The notes: generated by a model not told the origin, from the letters alone. Positions 24,111 through 32,483 are shown, counted from the first letter of the stretch. The stretch: 64,000 nt of DNA from a virus (IMGVR_UViG_3300031873_001030); one strand, 5' to 3'. A program made the numbers and translations.

Positions 24111-24415
24111 ATCGTTTAAGTTTACTCTTGGTTTGAGCCTTTGAGTTTGGGCCTCTAAGTCCGCCTATCTTTTAAATAATTATATATGCTGTAATATATA
24201 TTATGAAAAAGCGAAAACTAATTTAACTGTTGAAATTAAAGTTATTGGATATGTCTTACTGTAAAGCATGCAGAATATGCCTTCCTTTCTTAATTCATCA
24301 TGCAATTTTATAATTAAGAAGGTTATAATGTTGACTTTGATACTCTTCTTTCCAGCACAAGCTCATATCTTTTTAATACCTTCCTTATTGCAGCAATGAT
24401 ACTTATCTTTTTCTC

Positions 24416-24479
24416 TTAACATATGTTAATCAGTGATGCAGCATAATGCAAAATTCCTTCAGTCTTTAACATATGTTAA
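24416..24479. repeat. palindrome pair (24416-24429, 24466-24479) enclosing a 36-bp insert
   Basis: Read directly; lies between the tRNA fragment and tRNA-Tyr. Confidence 0.95.
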
Positions 24480-24527
24480 TGTCAAATTAGAAATGCAATA
24501 CGATTGTTAACAAGAAAGTTAACAAAG

Positions 24528-24598
24528 TCTCACCTGCCAGAATTGCACCAGCATCTACGAGGCTACAGCTCGTTGTTCTACTGTTGAACTAAGGCGAG
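24528..24598 (-). tRNA. tRNA-Tyr (GTA)
   Basis: Hand fold CTCGCCT-TA-GTTC-AACAGTA-GAAC-A-ACGAG-CTGTAGC-CTCGT-AGAT-GCTGG-TGCAATT-CTGGC-AGGTGAG-A; C1-G72 as in archaeal/eukaryal tRNA-Tyr. Confidence 0.75.
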
Positions 24599-24601
24599 TT
24601 G

Positions 24602-24674
24602 TGGGGATGCTGAGATTTGAACTCAGATTATTCGCTTCCAGAGCGAAGGTTCTAACAAGTTATACTACATCCCC
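24602..24674 (-). tRNA. tRNA-Pro (TGG)
   Basis: Acceptor GGGGATG/CATCCCC, anticodon arm TTCGC-TCTGGAA-GCGAA, T arm CTGAG-TTCAAAT-CTCAG. Confidence 0.85.
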
Positions 24675-24677
24675 AAG

Positions 24678-24751
24678 GGAGAATAGAGGGATTTGAACCC
24701 TCTCTAACAAGTTCACAGCTTGACGTGCTCGCCTACTACACCATATTCTCC
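24678..24751 (-). tRNA. tRNA-His (GTG) with genomically encoded G-1
   Basis: G-GAGAATA...TATTCTC-C, D stem GTGT/GCAC, anticodon loop CTGTGAA, T arm GAGGG-TTCAAAT-CCCTC. Confidence 0.8.
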
Positions 24752-25212
24752 ATTTTATTATGTTCTTCTCTATGGCAATTTGCACATAGAAGTTTGCATT
24801 TCTGCAATTCTTTTCGTATCACCTCGAGACTATTATGCCATATTCTGGATATTTCATATTTCTTTTCTCCGTTCATATGATGAAATTCAAGTGCTGCGAA
24901 ACATTTGTTATATCCACATTTTTGACATTTACCTCCAAATTCCATTTTCATAATTTTTGTTTTTTCTTGGTTTTTACGCTTTTGTGCTATATACCACAAA
25001 TGTCTCTGAGGGAGAGATGATTTTTGTTTATGTTGTTTTATATATTTTCTCATATATTCTCTATGATATTTTTTCCTTTTTTCTCTGTTTTCAGGGTTTG
25101 ACAACCAAATTTTCCATCGTTCTTTTTCTTGCTCACGGTGTGATTTTCTATATAATCTATTTATTTCACACAATCGTTCTTTGTTTTTTTCATAATATTT
25201 TTTACTGGTCAT
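24736..25212 (-). CDS. HNH endonuclease with N-terminal basic Tyr/Lys-rich region, inserted in the tRNA cluster
   Basis: CQKCGY...LEFHH...N...CANCHREEH; its 3' end overlaps tRNA-His by 16 nt. Confidence 0.8.
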   Translation of the reverse strand: MTSKKYYEKNKERLCEINRLYRKSHREQEKERWKIWLSNPENREKRKKYHREYMRKYIKQHKQKSSLPQRHLWYIAQKRKNQEKTKIMKMEFGGKCQKCGYNKCFAALEFHHMNGEKKYEISRIWHNSLEVIRKELQKCKLLCANCHREEHNKMENMV

Positions 25213-25255
25213 ATAATGTAATTGTTTAATACCATTTATATTTGTTGTTGAACTA

Positions 25256-25330
25256 CGCTCTGGGCAAGACTCGAACTTGCAATTTCTCCGTTAACAGCGG
25301 AGCGCTTGTACCTGTTTAAGCTGCCAGAGC
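25256..25330 (-). tRNA. tRNA-Asn (GTT)
   Basis: GCTCTGG-CA-GCTT-AAACAGGTAC-AAGC-G-CTCCG-CTGTTAA-CGGAG-AAATT-GCAAG-TTCGAGT-CTTGC-CCAGAGC-G. Confidence 0.85.
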
Positions 25331-25333
25331 AAG

Positions 25334-25437
25334 TACTCCCCGAATGATTCGAACATTCGTCTCTTGGTTTCTCCAAGTTTCAGATTCTTGTTGAAATTAT
25401 CAAAGCCAAGCATCTTTGTCCACTGGACGAGGGGAGT
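25334..25437 (-). tRNA. tRNA-Gln (TTG) with a ~31-nt intron after position 37
   Basis: Acceptor ACTCCCC/GGGGAGT (A1-U72); anticodon stem CTTGG/CCAAG enclosing CTTTGA-[intron]-A; T arm GAATG-TTCGAAT-CATTC. Confidence 0.65.
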
Positions 25438-25466
25438 ATATTGATTGTAGTTCTTTTTAAAAACTA

Positions 25467-25538
25467 TGGACACAAGCGGGAATCGAACTCGCATCTCTTT
25501 CTTGCAAGGGAAGTATCCTACCATTAAACGATTGGCCC
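25467..25538 (-). ncRNA. degenerate tRNA-like element (Ala TGC-like anticodon loop CTTGCAA) with mismatches in the acceptor, anticodon and T stems
   Basis: GGGCCAA...TTGTGTCCA pairs at only 5 of 7 acceptor positions (2 mismatches). Anticodon stem CTTCC/GAAAG and T stem GCGAG/CCCGC each carry an A-C mismatch. Confidence 0.35.
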
Positions 25539-25702
25539 GTCATTGAAGAAAAAAGAACTAGCTCTATTGATTTGCCTTATGGGCGGGCTGTTGATTATAT
25601 GCTTCAATAGACATATTAGAAAATTTAGTCTTGATGATTGATTTGATTTTGTATTATGTGATATATAGAATGCAATATATATTTTAGAAGCATTATTTTC
25701 TA

Positions 25703-25729
25703 GATTTATCCCTCTAACGGGATTTATAT
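25703..25729. promoter_or_regulatory. GATTTATCCC-tctaac-GGGATTTATAT hairpin unit overlapping the XPF stop codon
   Basis: Read directly; same unit as 7707-7758 and 43483-43508. Confidence 0.5.
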
Positions 25730-26358
25730 TTTTCAGTCAATATCTTCTTGATTCTAGTTGAAAGTACGTCTCCTATTCCCTTTGCTTTCTGCAAGTCTTC
25801 CTCACTGGCTAAAAGTACTTTTTCAACAGAACCGAGATTTTCCAACAGCCTTTTGGATATTGTCGAATTTACTCCAGGAATGGAGGAGACTATCTGCTCT
25901 TGTATCTTTGACATTTCTGTCGGCACCTTTTCAAATTTGTATGATACAGTTCTTTTGCTTTCAACTTGCTCTTTTTTCGCAAGATGATATATCATTCTGG
26001 CAGTGTCCATTTTGTCCTTAGTATTTACTATGGAAATGTTGAATCTGATGATTAGACTTGCCATAGCGGCTTTCACAATGTTCACATCTATGCGTTCATT
26101 TGGAAATCCTTCTATGATTATGATGACAATCTTAAAATTGTCCTTCATCCTAGTTGTCTGTTCAAATAACCTTCCATCAAATATTGACGCTACAAAATCT
26201 TGATATGTCTTCCTTTCAATCACTGTCCTATCCGAAACTATGAAGTCTCCAACTTCCAAGAAAGATTCATTCAAGTTGACGTTGGCAAAATTTCTCAGAA
26301 AGTATATCAGCTCTTTTTCCCTGGAATCTGCTGATATCGTGATTTTAAATTCTTCCAT
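25714..26358 (-). CDS. short-form XPF/Hef-type ERCC4 nuclease with C-terminal (HhH)2
   Basis: DSRE...VGDFIV...VIERKTYQDFVASIFDGRLFEQ...IIIIEG; C-terminal IPGVNSTISKRLLENLGS...AKGIGDVLSTRI. Confidence 0.85.
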   Translation of the reverse strand: MEEFKITISADSREKELIYFLRNFANVNLNESFLEVGDFIVSDRTVIERKTYQDFVASIFDGRLFEQTTRMKDNFKIVIIIIEGFPNERIDVNIVKAAMASLIIRFNISIVNTKDKMDTARMIYHLAKKEQVESKRTVSYKFEKVPTEMSKIQEQIVSSIPGVNSTISKRLLENLGSVEKVLLASEEDLQKAKGIGDVLSTRIKKILTEKYKSR

Positions 26359-26598
26359 AGTATTATCAGTAATTGCAAAAATATATCTCCGAAATCGGGA
26401 AGGTTACAGATTCACTGGAAACCAGCGAAGCATTGTCGATGCTATGAAATCCTTCCCAGTAGGAGATAAATTTATTTGTGCAGATAATCTTAAATACTTT
26501 AACAACCGATATAATTGTATCTCTCATACAGCTATGGGATTCATAATACAACAACAGGATGTAGTACAGTTTCCGTAGCGATTTTGGAGGGTACATTT

Positions 26599-26859
26599 AT
26601 GGATACCATCACGCTATATATACTTAGAACAAAGCCAGAGACACATTTCTATGTTGGAATTACTAAAGACCTTGATAAGAGATTAGAACAGCATAAAAAT
26701 AATCCAAATGTCTCTTGGGTAAAAAGAAGAAACTTTAAATTTGATTTAGTATGGAGAGAGAAATTTCCTGATTTGAAATCTGCAAGGAAAAAGGAGAAAT
26801 ATTATAAGAAAATGGAAAGGAAAAGACTCTTAAAAATCATTGGGATAAAAGGAGTGTGA
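26599..26859 (+). CDS. GIY-YIG nuclease-domain protein (paralog 1)
   Basis: LYILRTKPETHFYVGITKDLDKRLEQH...RKKEKYYKK; GGAGGG precedes ATG 26599 (track start 26515 is less likely). Confidence 0.8.
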   Translation: MDTITLYILRTKPETHFYVGITKDLDKRLEQHKNNPNVSWVKRRNFKFDLVWREKFPDLKSARKKEKYYKKMERKRLLKIIGIKGV

Positions 26860-26863
26860 TGGT

Positions 26864-28279
26864 ATGGAACTAAACAAAGGTTCAAAAAGAACGAGAAAAG
26901 TAATTAATCCTGAAGGTTCTATAGTATTGAAACGTTCAGATGAAATCCAGCTATATCTTGAAGCAAGCAATCTCAACATAAAGGAAGATAAGTTCTATCA
27001 GAGTGCTAAGGACAAGCTGGCAAGCTTGATAAAGATGGCTAGGGAAGCCAATCAGGCATACGTCTTTGGTCTTGGAAGATTCTTAACTGACAACGGATTG
27101 AAACTTTCTCCAGTTGTGTTATATTCAGTACTGTCTGACAGACATGTTCCAATTAATGCAAGTGCAATAAAGACATTCAACACTCCTCAAAGAATAGCAG
27201 AAGCTGTATCATTGCAGAATCTTAAGATAGTTAAATTGAACAACCAATTCAAGAAAAAGATTCTTAAGAAAGCCTTGGAAAACATGTCAGAATTTACTTT
27301 GAGAAAGAACAAGATGCTTAAGAGAAAAGTCAAGGAAAAGGACTTGATTAAACTTTTGAGGCCTAAGCCAGCAAATGCAGAAATGGCAAAGCTATACAAG
27401 GCAATTATAGAAGATGACAAGCTTTCAAAGATGAAGGAGACTGAAACATTTGTAAGAGTGAAGTCTTCAAAAGAAATGAACACTAAAGATAAGCTTGATT
27501 ATTTGACAAATAACGTAGACAGGCTTCCAATAAATGAATTGATAAGAAATCTTAAGTTCATCTCTGAAAATGCAGACTTCAGGAAAGACTTTGAATTGAA
27601 GAGCAAAGTGATAGCAAAATTGCAGAATATAAAGGACATGAGGTTCTTGAACGTTTTTGATTTGATAACCACTGTGGTTTATGTTCCAGACTTCAGCAAG
27701 GCACTGTCAGAAGTTGTAAAGAAATTTTGCGATGATGTTAAAGCTAAGTTTGACTACAATGAAAGTGCAACTGTATTATTTGACTTGTCTGGAAGTATGG
27801 AAGGGGAGGGAATAGAAAAAGGTTTTAAGTACTTGGTACTGTTTGCAAATATATTTGGCAATTTGAAATTGAGATGCTTTAGTGAAGAATTGCTTAAGGA
27901 CACTTACCAGAATGTCATCACTGACATAAATAAAGGAAATTACAAGATTGCATTGAACAAGCTTGACACTATCGGTGGAACTGCATTGCTTGATTCTTTG
28001 GACAAACTTATAGATGAGGGAAAGACTGAATCTAATATAATCATTATAAGCGATGAAGTGAGCTGGCTTGAAGGAGATGACTTGAGTGTGAGAATAAAGG
28101 AAATTTCAGACAAGCTTAAGGGAAAGAAAGTGATACTGGTAAATCCTGTAGTTTATAAGGGAACAGTATTCAGGGACAATATAATTGCATTTGCAAGCCT
28201 TACCTCAAATGTCATTTACAATCTGATGATAGGAACAAAGCCAGAAGCATTTGTAAAGATGATAAAAGAATATAAGTGA
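26864..28279 (+). CDS. Ro60-like TROVE domain plus vWA (MIDAS) protein
   Basis: NPEGS...FYQS, KDLIKLLRPKP (compare Ro60 KDLLRLSHLKP), LIRNLKF; vWA MIDAS residues DLSGSM, GGT, SDE. Confidence 0.65.
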   Translation: MELNKGSKRTRKVINPEGSIVLKRSDEIQLYLEASNLNIKEDKFYQSAKDKLASLIKMAREANQAYVFGLGRFLTDNGLKLSPVVLYSVLSDRHVPINASAIKTFNTPQRIAEAVSLQNLKIVKLNNQFKKKILKKALENMSEFTLRKNKMLKRKVKEKDLIKLLRPKPANAEMAKLYKAIIEDDKLSKMKETETFVRVKSSKEMNTKDKLDYLTNNVDRLPINELIRNLKFISENADFRKDFELKSKVIAKLQNIKDMRFLNVFDLITTVVYVPDFSKALSEVVKKFCDDVKAKFDYNESATVLFDLSGSMEGEGIEKGFKYLVLFANIFGNLKLRCFSEELLKDTYQNVITDINKGNYKIALNKLDTIGGTALLDSLDKLIDEGKTESNIIIISDEVSWLEGDDLSVRIKEISDKLKGKKVILVNPVVYKGTVFRDNIIAFASLTSNVIYNLMIGTKPEAFVKMIKEYK

Positions 28280-28299
28280 TAAAAAAGGAAGTGAAATAA

Positions 28300-28599
28300 A
28301 TGGGAATGTTTGATTATGTATTGGCAGATTTCAAATGTCCTTACTGCAAATTTATTGTTGCACAAGAAAGCATGCAGAAAAGTGTAAACACTGGGGAATA
28401 TGACACATGGCAAACAAAAGATTTGAGTTGCGGTTTGAGGATAATAAAGGTTGGTGACAAGATAAAATTAAGTGGGATGCATATCGGAAAAGGATTCCTA
28501 AACATTCATCACATATGCCCAAAATGCGACAAGCTTGTCGAAGCAAGAATCAAAATAAAGAATTACAAGCTTACAAACAAAAAGAGATACATAATATGA
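28300..28599 (+). CDS. zinc-ribbon protein (CPYC...CPKC)
   Basis: ORF track. Confidence 0.55.
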   Translation: MGMFDYVLADFKCPYCKFIVAQESMQKSVNTGEYDTWQTKDLSCGLRIIKVGDKIKLSGMHIGKGFLNIHHICPKCDKLVEARIKIKNYKLTNKKRYII

Positions 28600-28844
28600 A
28601 CTTTGAAGACTCATCAAGAGAAAGGATAGAATCCATGAAGAAATTAAAGGACGAATTTTTAGAGGAAGTATTCAAGAAATTTGGAATGTCCAAAACTGGA
28701 AGTAATGATATCTATAAGGTGAAGGACATGTCAATAGGTATCGTTAGAGATGAACTATATCAAGTGTTCAGAAAATTGGCAAAGCAGGAATTGCGAAATA
28801 CCTTTACTAAATTATGCAAGGAAATAGATGGTGATGAAGATTAA
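28596..28844 (+). CDS. hypothetical protein (ATG 28596 overlaps the previous stop; track start 28515 is less likely)
   Basis: ATATGA overlap; in frame with the track ORF. Confidence 0.45.
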   Translation: MNFEDSSRERIESMKKLKDEFLEEVFKKFGMSKTGSNDIYKVKDMSIGIVRDELYQVFRKLAKQELRNTFTKLCKEIDGDED

Positions 28845-29322
28845 GCAATACAAGATAGTCTATCCAAAAGAGTTTGAGGTCAACGAAACTTGGGGAAAAT
28901 CATTTGTTTTTCCATTTGAACCATTGGATTTGTCAAATAAGCCAGATAGCTTGGGAAGAATTGAGTGGCATATAGAACTTGTAATGGATAAGAAAAAGAG
29001 CAAGGTCAGCAAATCATTTTCAAAATATTACATAAAGGAATTGTGGGTATTTGCCACACAGACAAAAGATAAGAGGTACATAGGTAAAATATTCAAGATA
29101 CCGTGCCATACAGAAACTCTTACTGCTTCTTCTTTCCATCCTGAGGACTATTTGAACAACTTATGGAAATTCACATTCTGCGATGAGCACAAGAACCCAC
29201 TCTTTTCTGCATATCCAAAAGATGAGCACAAATATTTTGTGATTGATGCATCAAGTTCCATTTCAATAGAACCAAAATTCATGTCAAAATTACCTGTTAA
29301 AGATGTACTGCATAAGAGTTAG
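28828..29322 (+). CDS. hypothetical protein
   Basis: ORF track. Confidence 0.5.
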   Translation: MVMKIKQYKIVYPKEFEVNETWGKSFVFPFEPLDLSNKPDSLGRIEWHIELVMDKKKSKVSKSFSKYYIKELWVFATQTKDKRYIGKIFKIPCHTETLTASSFHPEDYLNNLWKFTFCDEHKNPLFSAYPKDEHKYFVIDASSSISIEPKFMSKLPVKDVLHKS

Positions 29323-29483
29323 AATAAAGTAATGATGTAAAATGTATGTTGCGATATATAATTTCTGAAATCTAAAACAATATTAATCATCTTTCATAAA
29401 TTTTATTCTGCTCCTAAAAGTTTGTCTTAATAAGCTAGCTTTACGGAGTATTTGATAAGTAAGTAAGTAACTAGGTAATAATA

Positions 29484-29903
29484 ATGGATAAGCCTAAATC
29501 AAATGAAGAGGAAAAGTTTGAGAAGGGAGCAGAGGCTAGTTCATCTACCCTTGCTCCTTCTTCAAAATTAAAAGAAGAGAGAAAAATTCCTGAGGCGACT
29601 TTTGTGGTTCCTACTTCTACTATTGGGACTTTTGTGAAGAAGGATGATAAAGACGTTTCATTTCCAGAATGGGAGGGACGGTATAGGAAACGGGCTAGGA
29701 GGCTTGGGATTATTTTCACGGTCTGCTGTATTTTGGCTGTCATTTGGTTGTTATACATTTACATTGCTGGAAACAAGGATGTCCTTAGTACGATAACATA
29801 TACTCTTCTGATGTGGATACTTGTGATAGTGTTCCTGAAGTTTGCTGTGAATAGGAGAGTAAAGCAGAAAGAGAATTCCTATAGAAAGAAAGCGGAGGGC
29901 TAG
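29484..29903 (+). CDS. membrane protein (two TM helices, acidic/basic N-tail)
   Basis: ORF track. Confidence 0.55.
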   Translation: MDKPKSNEEEKFEKGAEASSSTLAPSSKLKEERKIPEATFVVPTSTIGTFVKKDDKDVSFPEWEGRYRKRARRLGIIFTVCCILAVIWLLYIYIAGNKDVLSTITYTLLMWILVIVFLKFAVNRRVKQKENSYRKKAEG

Positions 29904-29905
29904 TT

Positions 29906-30238
29906 GTGGGAAATTACAGATTTCTTATAACTCTTGAGCTCCTTGGGAGATTAGTCTTGGGTGTGAGCTGGCTTATTTTCGTCAGCGCTTTTGTGCGGTT
30001 TGGTGAATATTTTTCGGCTTTTGCGTTTGTAGTTTTTGGATTGTCATCTATCGCAATGGTTTACTGGATGTTCGTTCCATTCTTCATTCCTGTTGCTTTA
30101 TTGACCCCACTGATGGGGTTGACAAGAAAGAAAGATGAGAAACTGGATAGCAGAAGGAAACCAGAGGAATTTTCTGGAATGATACTTTTCAACTTGGCCT
30201 ATGAAAGATTAAAACAGAGAGTAGAGCGAGGTTCATAA
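29906..30238 (+). CDS. membrane protein (three TM helices)
   Basis: ORF track. Confidence 0.5.
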   Translation: MGNYRFLITLELLGRLVLGVSWLIFVSAFVRFGEYFSAFAFVVFGLSSIAMVYWMFVPFFIPVALLTPLMGLTRKKDEKLDSRRKPEEFSGMILFNLAYERLKQRVERGS

Positions 30239-30241
30239 TCA

Positions 30242-31066
30242 ATGGCTAAACTTACTGCTACTGTAAATGATGTTGTCATGTTCAAGTCTCTTTTTGGTCT
30301 GTTGTGCAGGAATTCTGATATGCTAAAATTTAAAGTCGATAAGGAAGGTATAAGTTCTGTTACTATGCCTGCGGATATGGCGACTTTTCTTAGTGTTTTG
30401 ATAAAGCCAAATTTCTTTGAGGAATGGAATTTTGAAGGTTCGTTCATGTATTGCTATTTTGACCCGCAGCAATTTTCTCGGATGATGAAGAATCTTACCT
30501 CGAAGAAGATTGAGATGGTGCTTGATGAGAATTATATAAATTTCAGTCTTGAGAACGAGGGAAGAAAGAAACATATCTCATTGGTACAGATTACTGGAGA
30601 ATTGTCAGAGCTTCCTGGGAATTTGGGAACTGATTTTGATTTTTCATGGATTATTGAGATAGAGACTTTGAAAAGCATTGTGGATGATATTGTCAATGTC
30701 GATGACAATGCGGATTTGTCTTCCATCTATTTCACATGGGAAAAAGACAGTCTGAAAGTTGAAGCAAGGGAGAGTAAGGTCATGAAGTTTGAGACTATTA
30801 TTGGCCCACCTTTTGTGAAATGTGGTAGCGGGCATTCTTCTTTTAGGACCAATTATTTTTCAAAGATAGTCTGGGCTGGTCTTGGTAAGATTAGATTTTC
30901 AATCTTGAATACTGACGGTCCAGCTTTTATGGAGACTTGTGATGATAGCAAGTTCTCATTGAAATTTATTGTGGCGCCTTTTGTGGCAAGTAATCCTGAT
31001 ATGGATATCACGTCCGAGAATGACGGTAAAAGTTCACAAGATAGTGAGGTGGTAAGTGATGGGTAA
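30242..31066 (+). CDS. divergent PCNA-like sliding clamp with acidic C-terminal tail
   Basis: Colinear resemblance to archaeal PCNA recalled from memory: FKVDKEGISSVTMPADMATFLSV vs FKVTEDGISMRAMDPSRVVLIDL, and terminal LKFIVAPFV vs LTFLLAPRV; ~250-aa core. Confidence 0.65.
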   Translation: MAKLTATVNDVVMFKSLFGLLCRNSDMLKFKVDKEGISSVTMPADMATFLSVLIKPNFFEEWNFEGSFMYCYFDPQQFSRMMKNLTSKKIEMVLDENYINFSLENEGRKKHISLVQITGELSELPGNLGTDFDFSWIIEIETLKSIVDDIVNVDDNADLSSIYFTWEKDSLKVEARESKVMKFETIIGPPFVKCGSGHSSFRTNYFSKIVWAGLGKIRFSILNTDGPAFMETCDDSKFSLKFIVAPFVASNPDMDITSENDGKSSQDSEVVSDG

Positions 31067-31520
31067 ATGTACAGCGTGTGGAAAAAACATAGGAATGTTT
31101 GGTAGCAGCAAGTCTTGCGATGCTGAAGATTGTAAAGTTGAAGGTCTGTGCAAGGAATGTTCGTCTGCCAAATTGTCAGACTGCGAAAAATGCGGATATA
31201 CATTCTGCATTGCTCACATAAAAAATCATGAATGCGAAGAGGAAAGTGATAAGGAAGAGAGTGAGGATTCTGAAGATGGAGAAGAGGAGGAAGAGCCTGT
31301 TGAATTGTCTGAAGATGATGTCCATATCTCAAAGGATAAGAAATTTAAGATGCTTCTTTTGGAAGATTACTATAATGAAGATATTGTAAACTTCCTTGAA
31401 GAGACGGAAAAGGAAGGGTATGTGCTTATCGGCACCGATATGGGCAATAGCATGTACTTATTCAAGAACTTTTCTTTAGAAAAGAAAAGTTCACAAAAGA
31501 AAGAAGGAGAAAGTGCATGA
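31056..31520 (+). CDS. Cys-rich zinc-finger (AN1-like second half CxxCx4CxxHx3HxC) protein with an acidic linker
   Basis: CEKCGYTFCIAHIKNHEC; Glu/Asp-rich run. Confidence 0.5.
   Translation: MMGKCTACGKNIGMFGSSKSCDAEDCKVEGLCKECSSAKLSDCEKCGYTFCIAHIKNHECEEESDKEESEDSEDGEEEEEPVELSEDDVHISKDKKFKMLLLEDYYNEDIVNFLEETEKEGYVLIGTDMGNSMYLFKNFSLEKKSSQKKEGESA
31466..31492. repeat. GAACTTTTCTT-tagaa-AAGAAAAGTTC palindrome plus ACAAAAGAAA tail, inside the 3' end of ORF 31056..31520
   Basis: Read directly. Confidence 0.9.
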
Positions 31521-31547
31521 AGAATCAAGAATCAGAAAATTCTTTGT

Positions 31548-31569
31548 ATACTTTCTTTGAAGAAAGTAT
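31548..31569. promoter_or_regulatory. ATACTTTCTT-tg-AAGAAAGTAT palindrome upstream of the SPFH gene
   Basis: Part of the 29-bp block TTCTTTGTATACTTTCTTTGAAGAAAGTA (31541-31569), repeated exactly at 33876-33904; followed by GGAGGT and ATG 31587. Confidence 0.85.
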
Positions 31570-31586
31570 TTGGAGGTTATAAAGAA

Positions 31587-32483
31587 ATGATAATGACAAC
31601 AGGAAGTTGGATATTGGCAGGATTAGGTGCCTTCATATTCATAATGTTTCTTTCTGGAATAAGGATAGTAAGGCCTTTGGAAAGGGGTTTGGTTGAAAGG
31701 TTTGGTAAGTATCATAGGTTTGCCATGCCAGGTTTCAATTGGATAATCCCAGTATTTGACAGCATGTACAGAATCAACATCACCGAGACTATGGTGAATG
31801 CTGAACCTCAGCAGATTATTACTATGGATAAACTGAATGCCACAGTTGATGCGCAGGTTTATTTCAAGGTAAAAGATGATGAGACTTCTGTGAAGGCTTC
31901 TCAATATAACGTCTACAACTACAGGTACCAGATTGTAAATCTTGCGAGGACTACTCTGAGAAACATCATAGGTACGATGTCCCTTACTGATGCAAATAGC
32001 AAGAGGGATGTGATAAACAAGGATTTGATGGATACTCTCAGTGTCGAGACAAAGAATTGGGGTATACAAGTTGTGAGGACTGAATTGAAGGAGATAGACC
32101 CGCCAGAAGATGTACAAGCTACAATGAACAGGGTAGTGAAAGCGGAGAATGAAAAGATGGCTGCCATAGACTTTGCAACAGCTGCAGAGACTCAGGCAGA
32201 TGGTCTTAAGAGAGCGAAGATAAAGGAAGCGGAAGGTCTGAGGCAATTTGAGATATTGCGTGCAGAAGGTAATAAGCAGGCGACTATACTTGAAGCTGAC
32301 GGAAGAGCTCAGGCTATCAAGCTTGTGAATGAGGCTGCAGAAAAGTATTTCATTGGAAATGCCCAGAAATTGAAGACTCTCGAAGTCACTCAGAGTTCAT
32401 TGGAAAGCAATACAAAAATAATAGTTCCGAACGACCAGAAAATCATAAATGTGATAGGAAACTTAATCGGCGAAAAATTATAG
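31587..32483 (+). CDS. SPFH/band-7 (stomatin/prohibitin-like) membrane protein
   Basis: N-terminal TM, then IRIVRPLERGLVERFGKY...GFNWIIPVFD...VDAQVYFKV and a C-terminal coiled Ala/Glu-rich region. Confidence 0.85.
   Translation: MIMTTGSWILAGLGAFIFIMFLSGIRIVRPLERGLVERFGKYHRFAMPGFNWIIPVFDSMYRINITETMVNAEPQQIITMDKLNATVDAQVYFKVKDDETSVKASQYNVYNYRYQIVNLARTTLRNIIGTMSLTDANSKRDVINKDLMDTLSVETKNWGIQVVRTELKEIDPPEDVQATMNRVVKAENEKMAAIDFATAAETQADGLKRAKIKEAEGLRQFEILRAEGNKQATILEADGRAQAIKLVNEAAEKYFIGNAQKLKTLEVTQSSLESNTKIIVPNDQKIINVIGNLIGEKL

Noticed and set aside
25291-25524. 77-aa minus-strand ORF
   Set aside because: It lies entirely over tRNA-Asn, tRNA-Gln and the tRNA-like element. The tRNA folds explain the sequence.
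31623-32246. 207-aa minus-strand ORF, and similar long antisense ORFs at 30853..31332, 38042..38497, 42026..42418, 46452..47009, 47204..47728 and 58746..59360
   Set aside because: Each lies antisense to a plus-strand gene with clear domain signatures or an uninterrupted giant frame, and none has a motif of its own.
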